NCBI GenBank assembly: GCA_002811645.1
Contig: PDIP01000008.1
Location: 265,357-302,946 of the forward strand
Length of the DNA stretch: 37,590 nucleotides
From: Corallochytrium limacisporum Hawaii
Taxonomy: Eukaryota; Protista; Pluriformea
Reading direction: 5' to 3'
The position numbers and the translations under genes are program-made. Position 1 is the stretch's first letter. Each line of letters begins with the position of its first letter. The notes beneath the pieces were generated by a model that did not search any database, was not told the origin of the DNA, and saw only the letters and a list, made by a program, of their open reading frames with translations. Shown piece by piece: positions 11,199-21,533 of the stretch.

Positions 11199-13367
11199 TT
11201 AGACGTCCAGGCCCAGAGCGTTCAGGGCCTTTTCGAGGGCCGCCAGCAATTCTTCGCGGCGTTGCATTTTCCGCAAGCTTGCGCCAAAGTACGCGGACTC
11301 GTGCGCAGTGCCGTAGAGACGGTCAATGTGGAATCGAATATCATCGACTATTGGAATGGAATCTGTCTCCTGCCTTCCTTCAATGGCAGTTGCATCGGCG
11401 AGGACAAGGCCATGAAAGAGCTTTGTGTGCGCCAGTTCGTCCAGATGCTGAGCAAGAACCTTGGCACAGTGATCCTCCATGCGCGGCACATCGTAGACAC
11501 GGCTAATCTCAATCATTCGGAAAACGTTTTGCTTGGTAACATGCTGGATCATGATGGTAGCGCAAAAGTTCTTCAGACTGCTCATCAGAAACAAGTCGCT
11601 TGCCTTCATCAGGGGCATGAGCTCGTCTATCGAAACGTCGCTCACATAGTCACAATAAACATGCTCGGCGACCCGAGCAAATATTGTGGGCGAAATGTCA
11701 TGTAACGCAATGGTGACTAAACCACCTTCTCTCTCGCCATCACTGTCGCCACCCTGCCGCTCCACTGCCCGTCCTTCCATGAACCCTTCGTTGCCAAGCA
11801 TTGCCTCAAAGTAGGGACTGCGGCTAATCCAGAAGACCTTATGGCACGGAAACTCGTGTCCCTCGACTGTGAAGACTACATCCGCAAAGGCAATGAAGCC
11901 ATCGATGAGACTGGTGAAGGCAAGCAGAGATTCAACAGCGGTACCGGGTTTGTCGTTGGTGTCTGCACCAGCTCCGGGCACATTCTGGTCTGTTATCGGT
12001 GATTGTCGAGTATCGTCCGCAGTGTCATCATCCACCACAGTACCCGTACCAGTACGGGCAAAGTTCTTCAGTGCTGGCAGCACACTATCCGCGTACTTCC
12101 CCAAAAATTCCTCTGGCAGACATGCTGCAAACAGTGGTCCATACTCCGTTCTTTTCTGCACCACTAGCATCTCTTCCTCCGGCTTTAGGTTCTCATCGAT
12201 CGCTTCCAATTCGTCGCGTAGCAGCAAAAGGCCCGCCTGCTTCAAGATCAATCGCACTGCACCGAAATCTCGGCGGAAGCACTCGAAGCGTCCGGTGTAA
12301 AAGAATCGGAGCAGAGCATTGAAGGCCTTTGGCTCCAACAGCTCCGACTTGAGATGAACATGCGCCTTCGCACGCCAGCGGCCTTGCAGCTTGTCCAAAA
12401 AGTACTGCGACTGCGCGGCCAACACACATCGATGGGCAGACAGTGTCTCGGTGGTCACTATGCTATTGTGTGGATCATTCTTGATGCTCAGGGAGAAATG
12501 GAAACTGATGTCCTTGGTTTCCGCCGCCGTATTCTGGGGGTCCTCGAAGGCTTTTCGCAGAGCCTCGTGGAACGCATCCAGGGCAGTGGCAACCTTATAA
12601 CGCTTCAAAACTTTAACAATGCCTTGGTTCAGTGCACCGTACAAACATCGTTCTCCGTCAAAGGTTCCTTCCTCGCAACGCGCTCCCTTGCTCAGCAGGT
12701 AGTTGATCACATCAAGGTGACCACACAAACACGCATAGTACAAGGGGGTAGAATCCCATCGGTCCCGCGAGTTCACACCATGATGCTTTACTTCTACTAA
12801 ATAGGCCACCCGATCAACTTTGCCCTTGCGACAAGCCATGTACATGTCATCTGTGTCCTCTTCGGCGTCGTCACTGTCTTTGATCGCCGTGACCAGTCTC
12901 AGATCCTGGTTGTCAAAGGCGTCGTCCTCGAAATACTCGAAACCTTCATCCTCGTCGTAGTCTATCTCCGGTGCATATTCAATGTCAGCATCATCGTCTT
13001 TAAGAGCAGGTCTTCCCTTAATCATCTCTGTTCCTAGATCAAAAGGGCTGACACCCGGTTGATAGTAACCCTTCCGCCGCTGAAATGTTTGGACGGCACT
13101 GAACTGTTGCGCATGACTTTGAAGGTCATCGACATTCGGCACCTCTTCGGCTTTCGCTTCTGCTATGTTGGTCTGCTCGTTTTCGGTGTCACTGACATTA
13201 GTCCCTGTGGTTGAAGTGAACTCGATTCCATAGAACTCTTTGAGTGCTTTCGTCGACTTTTCATCGTTGAGACCCAGCGCATTGCGATAGATGGTGCGGT
13301 GGTCATGGTCAAAGTCCTGGCTAGTGAGTTCATCGGATCTTCCGTTCTGTGATTGAGACCCTGTCAT
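11199..13367 (-). CDS. ABTB1: Ankyrin repeat and BTB/POZ domain protein 1 (Cul3 adaptor type)
   Basis: Ankyrin repeats ACRKGKVDRV, RDRWDSTPLYYACLCGH, GARCEEGTFDGERCLYGALN; two BTB domains (AHRCVLAAQSQYF and CHKVFWISRSPYF); C-terminal RQETDSIPIVDDIRFH. Confidence 0.93.
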   Translation of the reverse strand: MTGSQSQNGRSDELTSQDFDHDHRTIYRNALGLNDEKSTKALKEFYGIEFTSTTGTNVSDTENEQTNIAEAKAEEVPNVDDLQSHAQQFSAVQTFQRRKGYYQPGVSPFDLGTEMIKGRPALKDDDADIEYAPEIDYDEDEGFEYFEDDAFDNQDLRLVTAIKDSDDAEEDTDDMYMACRKGKVDRVAYLVEVKHHGVNSRDRWDSTPLYYACLCGHLDVINYLLSKGARCEEGTFDGERCLYGALNQGIVKVLKRYKVATALDAFHEALRKAFEDPQNTAAETKDISFHFSLSIKNDPHNSIVTTETLSAHRCVLAAQSQYFLDKLQGRWRAKAHVHLKSELLEPKAFNALLRFFYTGRFECFRRDFGAVRLILKQAGLLLLRDELEAIDENLKPEEEMLVVQKRTEYGPLFAACLPEEFLGKYADSVLPALKNFARTGTGTVVDDDTADDTRQSPITDQNVPGAGADTNDKPGTAVESLLAFTSLIDGFIAFADVVFTVEGHEFPCHKVFWISRSPYFEAMLGNEGFMEGRAVERQGGDSDGEREGGLVTIALHDISPTIFARVAEHVYCDYVSDVSIDELMPLMKASDLFLMSSLKNFCATIMIQHVTKQNVFRMIEISRVYDVPRMEDHCAKVLAQHLDELAHTKLFHGLVLADATAIEGRQETDSIPIVDDIRFHIDRLYGTAHESAYFGASLRKMQRREELLAALEKALNALGLDV

Positions 13368-14074
13368 GGCTACGCTTTCTAAAATTTGTAAAACCAGACC
13401 ATAGAGATGGGTAGGAGTTGACTCACAACATCTGGCACAGTTTCCTTGGTGGACGTGATCTGACCGAAATTCGAGGTAGTAACGTCTTGGCCACTATTGC
13501 ACTTCAGAACATATCAGCGTTTGAAAAGTACAGCCTCCGGGTTCTTAGCCACCCTACCAATCCCTTCAATGCTCACCATGCCGTTTCTTTTGAAGTACCT
13601 TTGAAAGTCGGAAATAGTAAGAGCCTAGCACCACCGGCCCGTGTGCGATCCGCTGCAATGGGTGCGATGGGTGGGTGAGACACCCGGGCGAAGAGGCATC
13701 GGACGTTCACTTCCGTGTTTCTCTTCTCCCTCCCCCCCCCCTGGGACGGGCTTCGGCCATTTCGCAGTTCCAAGATCTACACACTGGTTTCTTCTTCATT
13801 CATACCAACAGTGGTGGCAAGTAGAAGGGGGGCCGGGTTTTTCTGCCCGGGAGGTTCTCATCAAGCTTCCAAGGGCAGCTCAGAGCGATCTCGACGTCTA
13901 AGCCCGGGTGCATTCCGAAGGGTTGCACAGACTAGCAATGCAATTCTGGCTGCTATTTCAACGGCATGCCAAATTCAGAGTCCATGATCAAAGAAAATGT
14001 GCGCGAGTGGGAACGAAAAAGACTGTGAGAACGATGGACACGTGAGTACAGTGTAGAACAGCGTTTTGGGAGCC
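13368..14074. promoter_or_regulatory. Bidirectional promoter ABTB1/PSMF1
   Basis: 707-bp spacer with a central C10 tract (13732-13741) and three CCCGGG sites. Confidence 0.6.
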
Positions 14075-15061
14075 ATGTTCAGAGTGAAAGAGGCCTTCAA
14101 GCAGGCCGAAGCAAACACAAATGAAGAGAAGCTAATTGTTGCAGTGCACTGTGTACTGATCGACAGTGGTTATGGATGCCTCGGTGCTGGTAATAACGGA
14201 ACAGAGAATGAGCCGGACGTACATCTGCCGGAAGCGTGGAATAAAGGCGAAGACGCACAGAGCATGATTATTCTGCGGTACACCCACGAAAACAATCCGC
14301 AGTCCCGAAAGACTTTGCAAGCCATTCGCATGGGTTCATCGGTACTCTTTCGCTTTGACGCCGATGGTGAAGAGAAACAGACCGGCGAAATTGAAATGAA
14401 GGCTGAAGACTACTTGGGAGAAGACGGACACCTGAAGGATTACCGTGACTTCTCCGGAACAATTCAGAAGCAATTGATTGAGCCCACATCCCTTGCAAAG
14501 AATGAAAAGAACGAAGAAGCGACATCAGGCTCATCCTCAAATAAGCGCAAGGCTACTGCGCCAGTAGCTCAACCGCAGTCGGTCATGCCTTCCAGGGCAC
14601 AGGGTCCCCCCGTCGCTGCCGGTGATGGCGCTGGCATCGGCAATCGGCCTGACTTTGACTACGGACGTCCGGACCTGGATCCTTTGGGCGGAATGGGACC
14701 CCGAGCACCTGGATATCCCAATATTGTGGGACCTCCAATGCCAGGAATGGGTGTTGCACCCAGCGGTGGCATGATGTTCGATCCCTTTCGCGGTGGAGGC
14801 GGCGTTCCTGGAGCTCCCGGGGGATTCCGTCCCCCAGGCGGGAACGGTCAACTACCACCTGGGGCGGTCCCTCCGGGCGCCCGCTTCGATCCCTTCGGTC
14901 CACCTGGAGCTCCGGGTATGCCAGGCGCCCCCGGTGGACCCAACCGCGGGGGCGGCGGCGGCGGATTTGGCACCGGCAGGCCGACTCCGGGCCAGGGGCG
15001 GTACGCGAATCCAGATCCAGACCAGTTGCCCCCACCGGGATACAACGACATGTTCATGTGA
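14075..15061 (+). CDS. PSMF1: Proteasome inhibitor PI31
   Basis: FP-domain N-terminus (VAVHCVLIDSGY..LPEAWN..LRY), Pro/Gly-rich tail with PPGARFDPFGP, and C-terminus PDPDQLPPPGYNDMFM. ATG at 14075. Confidence 0.92.
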   Translation: MFRVKEAFKQAEANTNEEKLIVAVHCVLIDSGYGCLGAGNNGTENEPDVHLPEAWNKGEDAQSMIILRYTHENNPQSRKTLQAIRMGSSVLFRFDADGEEKQTGEIEMKAEDYLGEDGHLKDYRDFSGTIQKQLIEPTSLAKNEKNEEATSGSSSNKRKATAPVAQPQSVMPSRAQGPPVAAGDGAGIGNRPDFDYGRPDLDPLGGMGPRAPGYPNIVGPPMPGMGVAPSGGMMFDPFRGGGGVPGAPGGFRPPGGNGQLPPGAVPPGARFDPFGPPGAPGMPGAPGGPNRGGGGGGFGTGRPTPGQGRYANPDPDQLPPPGYNDMFM

Positions 15062-15153
15062 TTGTTCTGCACATAATCCCTTTGGTATGTTCCCTTTCTT
15101 TAATTCTGTAATTGAACTATGTTAAAGTTGAGTAATGAATGTTTCTTCCCTGT

Positions 15154-16578
15154 TTAGTACATTGGAAGAGTGGGCTCGACCTTCGCCTTCCAGGAGAAGT
15201 ACCCACCCTTCAGATCTTTCACGGTTTTAGTGCCTAGGACTTCGCTCATGGAGGAGTCCTCATGCAACATCTGCAGAGCACGCTGGGAATCATTGCCCAT
15301 GCGGCATACGAAAACAATGTTAGCCTTTACGTCGCGCTGTAAATGTTCCCTCAACTTTTCACGTTCATCTCTTTGCCGGAGACGGCCCAGCGGGTAGTTC
15401 AAAATAACTGATGAGTTACTGTGCAGGCGCATGATGTCGTACTCGTGCTGTGGGCGTACGTCGATAACCAGAACCTCGTCACGGTCCAACATGTCTTTGA
15501 GCACTGTTGCATCAACACGATCATTAGCTTTTAGTAGGCTGATACTGTCACATGAAATCTTGTCATGTGCGGGTTGTTCCAAGCCAAGTACATCATACGC
15601 CTCGTCGCAGACGTTCTTGATCGTCGCCCTCGCTACGGCACTGCAAATGGCACAGTCAGTTCTTTTTGTCCGAATCTTTACACTACGCAGGCGGCACGCC
15701 TTGCCGTCCCAGAGTCCTAGAGCATTCGTAAACTTACTTGTGCCTGTAACAATCAGGCGGATGGCCTCCTGGGCCTGCAAGTTTCCAATCACACCAACCA
15801 CTGGTCCCAGCACGCCGCTCTCGGCGCAGTTGGTGACTGTACCTGCCGGTGGTGGTTCGGGAAAGACACAGCGATAGCATGCGCTTCGGGTCGCGTCTGT
15901 CTCATTGCTCATGGGCGTATGATACGCACTGATCTGCCCTTCCCAGCGCAGCGCAGATCCGGAGATGAGCGGCTTGCCCAACAACACGCACACATCATTT
16001 ACTAAGTAACGCGTGGGAGCATTGTCCGAGCAATCAAGAACGACGTCCCAATCCTTGACAATCTCCATTGCGTTCACCCTAGTCAGCATTCTCGAGTACG
16101 GTACTGCCCTTAGACGACCATTGATCCTCAGACAGATTTCACACAAGCTCTCTGCTTTGTTCTTGCCAATGTTCGGTTCCGAATGTGCGAATTGCCGGTG
16201 CAAGTTATTTTCGCTAACCTCATCACCGTCCACAAAACCCAAGCAACCAACACCCGCAGCAGCAAGGGTTAATGCCGACGGACATCCTAAGCCACCCGCA
16301 CCCACGATGAGTACTGCACTATTCAACAGTTTCTCCTGGCCAAAAGGGCCGATCTCCGGCAGAATGAGTTGACGGGAGTATCTGGCGACGTCGTGGGTGG
16401 TCAGTCTGTGCCTGACATGCTCACGCCATGGATTCGCGTTGATTTTGTCAGATGCAGTTGTTTGTCTCTTCTCTAGTTCAAGGGCTTGTGCTCTGAAAAG
16501 CCGGGCCTCTTCTTCCAGCTTGAATGCTGCTTGCCGTAGACCCTCCGGAGTCAACTGGCGGGCGTCCAGTCCAGTCAT
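15154..16578 (-). CDS. MOCS3: Adenylyltransferase/sulfurtransferase MOCS3/UBA4
   Basis: RYSRQLILPE, GAGGLG, NLHRQ, DCSDN, CYRC..C, rhodanese loop CRMGNDSQ, C-terminal PMY. Start placed at ccaccATG 16578; the track's TTG extension is not supported. Confidence 0.94.
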   Translation of the reverse strand: MTGLDARQLTPEGLRQAAFKLEEEARLFRAQALELEKRQTTASDKINANPWREHVRHRLTTHDVARYSRQLILPEIGPFGQEKLLNSAVLIVGAGGLGCPSALTLAAAGVGCLGFVDGDEVSENNLHRQFAHSEPNIGKNKAESLCEICLRINGRLRAVPYSRMLTRVNAMEIVKDWDVVLDCSDNAPTRYLVNDVCVLLGKPLISGSALRWEGQISAYHTPMSNETDATRSACYRCVFPEPPPAGTVTNCAESGVLGPVVGVIGNLQAQEAIRLIVTGTSKFTNALGLWDGKACRLRSVKIRTKRTDCAICSAVARATIKNVCDEAYDVLGLEQPAHDKISCDSISLLKANDRVDATVLKDMLDRDEVLVIDVRPQHEYDIMRLHSNSSVILNYPLGRLRQRDEREKLREHLQRDVKANIVFVCRMGNDSQRALQMLHEDSSMSEVLGTKTVKDLKGGYFSWKAKVEPTLPMY

Positions 16579-17185
16579 GGTGGACCCTTCATCACATTCA
16601 ATATGGGCAGCCAAAGACTCACAGCTCTCATCTGATTTACAACCGTAATTTGTGTTATTTGCGGCTCTTATCTGATCAATACTATCGGGAAACTTGTGTC
16701 TTGGTTGGTTGAATAAGCTCAAGTTCAAGAACCTTTAGGAACATGCAGACTTATGCGGACCTTTTGAATGAAAACCCACCCCTGACCGCGAGGAACCCTC
16801 ACTCCCACAAGTGGTGGGGTGCGGTTTGGCCGGCACGGAGGTGACGAATTTTCGCGCGGACCAGCCCTCGGCTGCTAACATACATGTCTGGGCACGTTTA
16901 GCCGGGTGTGGCATCTTTGATGGTAACGATGAGACCGAAGCAATGGACTGTTTGACATTAATTTTGGAGAACCTTCTCGTTGGCATTCGAGCTCACACCA
17001 CAATAAAACGTTAGACTGTAAGACTATTTAGAAACGGAAGTCTGCCATCGAGTTCTCTGGATTATATTGTATTTTCAGAGTTTCAGACGTCAGAACACTT
17101 GGGAGAAGTGGGCGGCGAAACTGTCAGGTTATGACAATTGTGATAAAGAACATGTAGAAAGCCCAAACGAAATACAAAGGAAACC
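16579..17185. promoter_or_regulatory. Bidirectional promoter MOCS3/PHD-TFIIS-SPOC gene
   Basis: 607-bp spacer with a GC-rich centre containing TTTCGCGC at about 16850. Confidence 0.55.
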
Positions 17186-19150
17186 ATGAAGGAAGTATGT
17201 ACGTGCGGCAATCCTCCGCACGGCACTATGGTGTCATGCGGAAGCTGCAATGAAGAATTTCATCCGGAGTGTACAGACTCCGGTGCGCTCGATGGCGAGT
17301 GGCACTGTCCAATCTGCGGTTTCCAGGGCACAGGCGGAATGACCAGCCATGGAGCCTCAGGAGTAAAGGCAGTTGAACAGACAACAGAAAACAGCGCTGA
17401 TCATGGAGAGACCCTAGACATTGTGAAACCACTAGCCTCTGATCAGGCCCCCGATTCCGCTGCGGTGTCGTCGACGGCGGTCACGACAGGTGACAATGGG
17501 GATTGTGTCGGGAGAAAGCGCAAAGATTCCACCTCGAGTAAGACTGAGCCAACTAAGCGTAGAAAATCATCAACATCCAAGAAACCTCAGGTTCCGCAAA
17601 AGTTGGCTGTAGTGAAACAAAACGAATTGGACTCCCGAATTCGGGAAAGCGTGCGCACCAATTTGAAGCAAGCCATGCAAGGTAAGATTAGCACCCGCAG
17701 TGATTCTGAAGCGGTAGGTGAGGAATCTATTCAAGAAAAGGCCATTGAAATCGAGCTGATGCTATATGAGCTCTGCGGAAGTGCGGATAGCAAATACAAG
17801 AACAAATTCCGTAGTATTCTGTTCAATATGAAGGATGCTTCCAACGAATGGCTTGTGCAATCACTGCTGTCGGGAGAGCTGACCGCCCGTGAAATGGTTC
17901 GCATGGAGACACAGGCGCTGGCATCAAAGACCCTTAATGCTTGGCGCGAGCAGGAGAAGCAGAATCTGGCAGAGTCCGTGATCAAGCGCCAAGGCAACGA
18001 AGACGACGAGACAAGACGTCTGTTCCGGTCGGTGCTCAGCGAGCGGACAGCCTCAGCGGCAGAAACCAACAAAGATGCTGCCTTCTCCGGAATTACGGAC
18101 AGCGGTGCCGCTTTTCGCGAAGCGGAAAGAATGCGGGGCAGCATGGTAGACGAGACTGACCAACAGCCCACTATTTCTAAGGTTTACGATGAGCCATCCA
18201 AGAATATTGAAGTACTCGAAGGGTACGCGAATATGGATGAGACCTCCCTGCAAGACAGTGAACAGAAGCAAGCAGAATTCGTGAACGAGCCACAGACCAG
18301 CAATGTCATTATTGACGGCCTCGATGACGGCAGAATGAAATGGACCGTTCGTTACGGCATTGACGTAGATCGAGCAGACGGTTTAGTGCCTAAGGTGCTG
18401 TACATCAGCAAGCGGGTTAAACGCAAATCCGCTCTGGACCATCTGCGCAGGGTACGTAGACTCGACCTGTGCAACCTCGCGGTACTTACCCTTCACATTC
18501 CGGCCACTCGTGAGGATTTTCTGGCCTACAATGAGGTGCTTGGGTACCTGCAATCCCGGAACAGTGTCGGCATTGCCAAGGCAGAGCATCCTGATGTCCA
18601 TGAGCTGCTAATATTGCCATCCCCTGCTGAGGAAGACCAGGTACCGGACGTGTTTGAAGACATGTCAGTGTACAAGAAACCTGGCACAGACCTGCTGCTA
18701 TTTGTCATTCTCTTCAAGAAGCTCCTAGCACCCAATGGCCACTCGACTCATCGCCAGCCGGCACCAGCAACTGTTGTGGAGCACCCGGTGAAGAAGTCCA
18801 TCAATACCCGGACGGAGGTGTCATCAAGCGGCCCAGATGACATGTACGATCCGACAGACCATACATTGCCAGAGCGCATTTCACGACCGGACCCTTCCGC
18901 GCCAGCAGTAGCAACCGCCGCAGCAGCTCAGGCTATCGATTTTGCCAAATTGGCTTCTGCAGTTCAGCGGTTTAAGAACGCTCCTGGCTCTGGTGCTGCC
19001 ACCGACTCGGCCGTACATGTCCCTTCACCTACAACGGCACCTGCGCCAGCCCCCGCGGCTCCCACCGGTCTCCAGTACAACCCTGAAGCTGTCAAGGCGG
19101 CCTTGGCCCGTTTGAAGTCAATGAACGGAGACGGTGGTGGAGGTCAGTGA
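17186..19150 (+). CDS. PHD finger / TFIIS-central / SPOC-like protein (BYE1/DIDO1/PHF3 family)
   Basis: N-terminal C4HC3 PHD and TFIIS-M domain (IELMLYE..KYKNKFRSILFNMKD.SN..LSGELTAREMVRMETQALAS); SPOC-like region (LYISKRV..YNEVLGYLQSRNSVG..ELLILP). Confidence 0.82.
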   Translation: MKEVCTCGNPPHGTMVSCGSCNEEFHPECTDSGALDGEWHCPICGFQGTGGMTSHGASGVKAVEQTTENSADHGETLDIVKPLASDQAPDSAAVSSTAVTTGDNGDCVGRKRKDSTSSKTEPTKRRKSSTSKKPQVPQKLAVVKQNELDSRIRESVRTNLKQAMQGKISTRSDSEAVGEESIQEKAIEIELMLYELCGSADSKYKNKFRSILFNMKDASNEWLVQSLLSGELTAREMVRMETQALASKTLNAWREQEKQNLAESVIKRQGNEDDETRRLFRSVLSERTASAAETNKDAAFSGITDSGAAFREAERMRGSMVDETDQQPTISKVYDEPSKNIEVLEGYANMDETSLQDSEQKQAEFVNEPQTSNVIIDGLDDGRMKWTVRYGIDVDRADGLVPKVLYISKRVKRKSALDHLRRVRRLDLCNLAVLTLHIPATREDFLAYNEVLGYLQSRNSVGIAKAEHPDVHELLILPSPAEEDQVPDVFEDMSVYKKPGTDLLLFVILFKKLLAPNGHSTHRQPAPATVVEHPVKKSINTRTEVSSSGPDDMYDPTDHTLPERISRPDPSAPAVATAAAAQAIDFAKLASAVQRFKNAPGSGAATDSAVHVPSPTTAPAPAPAAPTGLQYNPEAVKAALARLKSMNGDGGGGQ

Positions 19151-19413
19151 CTAAGATGCAAGATTGAATACCAAGTCTTCCTGTACTGTTTTGTGTGAGC
19201 AATGCATCCGGGCACAAGATTGATGTTTTAAAATTAACTGTTGGTTTCATAACCATGTTCATGTAGATGAAAAGCAAATGAAGTCTATGTTTATTGCGAA
19301 TGTTTGTGATATGTAGACTCTGAAAATAGCTATCCAGTGCTTTGCAAGAGTTGTGAAGGATGACGTCTTGTTGCTGCATGGTGAGCACAGAACTTACATG
19401 CTCATCTATCGGT

Positions 19414-20253
19414 TCACATGGTCTTGAGCGTCTTTCCCTTTATCGTGCCAGCAGGCGGGGGGTAGAAGTATGCCAGTCCCATTGGCGTGAAGACCGTCAC
19501 TGACAAACCGGCCAGGTACGCAAACGACGCAAACATAATCTTCAAATTCTCCACACCCACGTTTCTTGCGGTGAACAGCGTACCAGTATACTGTTCGTAA
19601 GCAGTGAACCACAGCCCAATGTAAAAGCGTTGCACGCTCACTGCCAGTCCGGCAGCGCAATGCATGATAACCCAGTAGCGGTGTGCGGGAATGTTGCGGT
19701 CAATAGCAATGGCCTTGAACGCCCGGTAGAGTGTATAACCAAACAATTTAAATAGTAGAAGCACGGCCATGTCCAGGGTAAAGATGCTCCAGTGTCCCAA
19801 TGGCAGGGTATAGCTCATGCCAAAGACTGCGAATCCGAGACCAGTGAAGCAGAGGCTGGTGCTCAGGGCAAAAAACAGGTAACCAGCATACTTGTGCAGC
19901 TTCAGGTTGCGCTTTCGCAGTCCAGACCTGAGCTGGAAGGGGGCCATTAGCGACCAGATCGCAGCGGGAATAATATGTCCGTAGAAGGATACCAGGGGAT
20001 ACTTCTTGTACACTTCATGGACAGGAGTCCCTTCCTCATTGGGAAGCTCCGCCACCTCTGCAGTCTCACTGTCTGTTACATCCCTCAGGTTGATACCAAA
20101 GAAGTAATGACTCAGTTGGCGAATGGCAAAGGTGAACACAAGCAGACACAGCCATAGTGTGATACCCCAGGACACGTAGCTGGCCAGTGTCTTCATTGGC
20201 TCATCCTGTTTCTTGGAGCGTATACTCTGTAGGGTTGTAGCATTAGGTGGCAT
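19414..20253 (-). CDS. DUF2306-like polytopic membrane protein
   Basis: About 6 hydrophobic helices with the family-like pattern GHI..A.W..APFQL..LRKRNLKLHKYAGY and AI..R.IPAHRYW. Confidence 0.65.
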   Translation of the reverse strand: MPPNATTLQSIRSKKQDEPMKTLASYVSWGITLWLCLLVFTFAIRQLSHYFFGINLRDVTDSETAEVAELPNEEGTPVHEVYKKYPLVSFYGHIIPAAIWSLMAPFQLRSGLRKRNLKLHKYAGYLFFALSTSLCFTGLGFAVFGMSYTLPLGHWSIFTLDMAVLLLFKLFGYTLYRAFKAIAIDRNIPAHRYWVIMHCAAGLAVSVQRFYIGLWFTAYEQYTGTLFTARNVGVENLKIMFASFAYLAGLSVTVFTPMGLAYFYPPPAGTIKGKTLKTM

Positions 20254-21533
20254 GGTTTAATCTTCTTGTGGAATTCTATCCATTGATCATTCACAATGAC
20301 TCAGTCCCCATTTTATACAATAAAGTTCAGAGTGCCTTCAATATCTCTGTATATTCATGTGCGGTGACAGTCCGCTCTTTTGTAGCTGAAACTTGCTCCC
20401 ATGACTTTAGATTGTTGTGTCATGTATGTATTCGATGCAGATGCCAACTTGTATGGAATAAAAGGTTCCACAATATGCGCAGGAAGCATCACACCGGGAA
20501 GTCCGCAGCTCTTGTCCCTCTCGGAACCCAGCGACCCACACAATGTCCTTGGCTCTTTGCGCACTCAGCTGCCGCGAAAAGGCAGGACCTCCAAGTCAGA
20601 ACTCTCGTTTCTGAATACGGTACCTATTGAATCCTAGACACCCACTTGAACACTTTGCTAATTTTCCTACCCACCCAAGGAGGCCCACCCAGCGAGTATC
20701 AGCTGTCTACCGATGATCGTGCACGCAACGATACAGAAATCGCTTTTCCTGCGGTTCATACCTGCTGCACAGCGCCCCCCCCCCCAGCAAATCGCATTTT
20801 CTGACCGCATAGAAACATTTGTTCTGCCAATAAAAAATATACCCTCATGTCGTCCCCGCTCCCATCAATTTTGCCCGATGACTGGTATACTGGGAGTGCA
20901 ATGGTGGGGGTTAGGCGTGCCCACTTTACTTCGGCGTATTTCTGGGGGACCAGTTACAGGCCCGAGGAATTGCAGGCGTGATGCGGGGAACGCTAATCTG
21001 AGCCGTCACCAGCTGTCAATAAGCGGGGAACCATTACGAAGGAAAATCTTGGTGGTCTCCTTCTGGCAGACCGCAGCTAAATTTCGAATCTATTGGGATT
21101 ATGGCGAAGACGGAATTAGTGAAGTATGTACAGAGTGGTTCGCCAGAACCCTTTCCACGTCTGAAAGCCTGTGTATGTTGTGCTCACGGTTTTTGTCTTC
21201 CGCTTGTATGTTCTGTCTGCGCCCGTTTCACGGGGTTCCCCAAGGGCCCCAGCGCCTTCGCTCGCTGCTTTACTCAGGTGACCGGTCAGGAGACTGTCCC
21301 TGAAAGAAAAGGAAGAAGGGGGGGGGGGGGGACAGAGACGGGGGAGACGAGAAGAGGAGGGTCGCAATTCCTTCCTTTTCTGGAGGAGGCCCACAGGTGG
21401 GTTCCCGTGATCGGGTTGGTAAGGGTGTCCGCATGAGGAACGATTTTAGAAAGACAATCCGGCGATCTAGATAGTAGGGTGCCAAAGCTAAGTGGTCATG
21501 CGGCTATGCCATGCATGTCTGGTCCAGCTGTAT

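Noticed and set aside
16579-16728. 50-aa N-terminal extension of MOCS3 from TTG, and similar TTG starts at 2389, 9163, 14066 and 32188
   Set aside because: Eukaryotic context; downstream ATGs have a purine at -3 and fit the homology
17018-17078. GTAAGA...TTTTCAG 61-nt candidate 5'UTR intron of the PHD gene
   Set aside because: Plausible but unsupported without transcript data, so not listed as a feature
20713-21303. 196-aa + strand ORF in the DUF2306-ValRS spacer
   Set aside because: Pyrimidine at -3, crosses homopolymer tracts, composition not protein-like, no motifs
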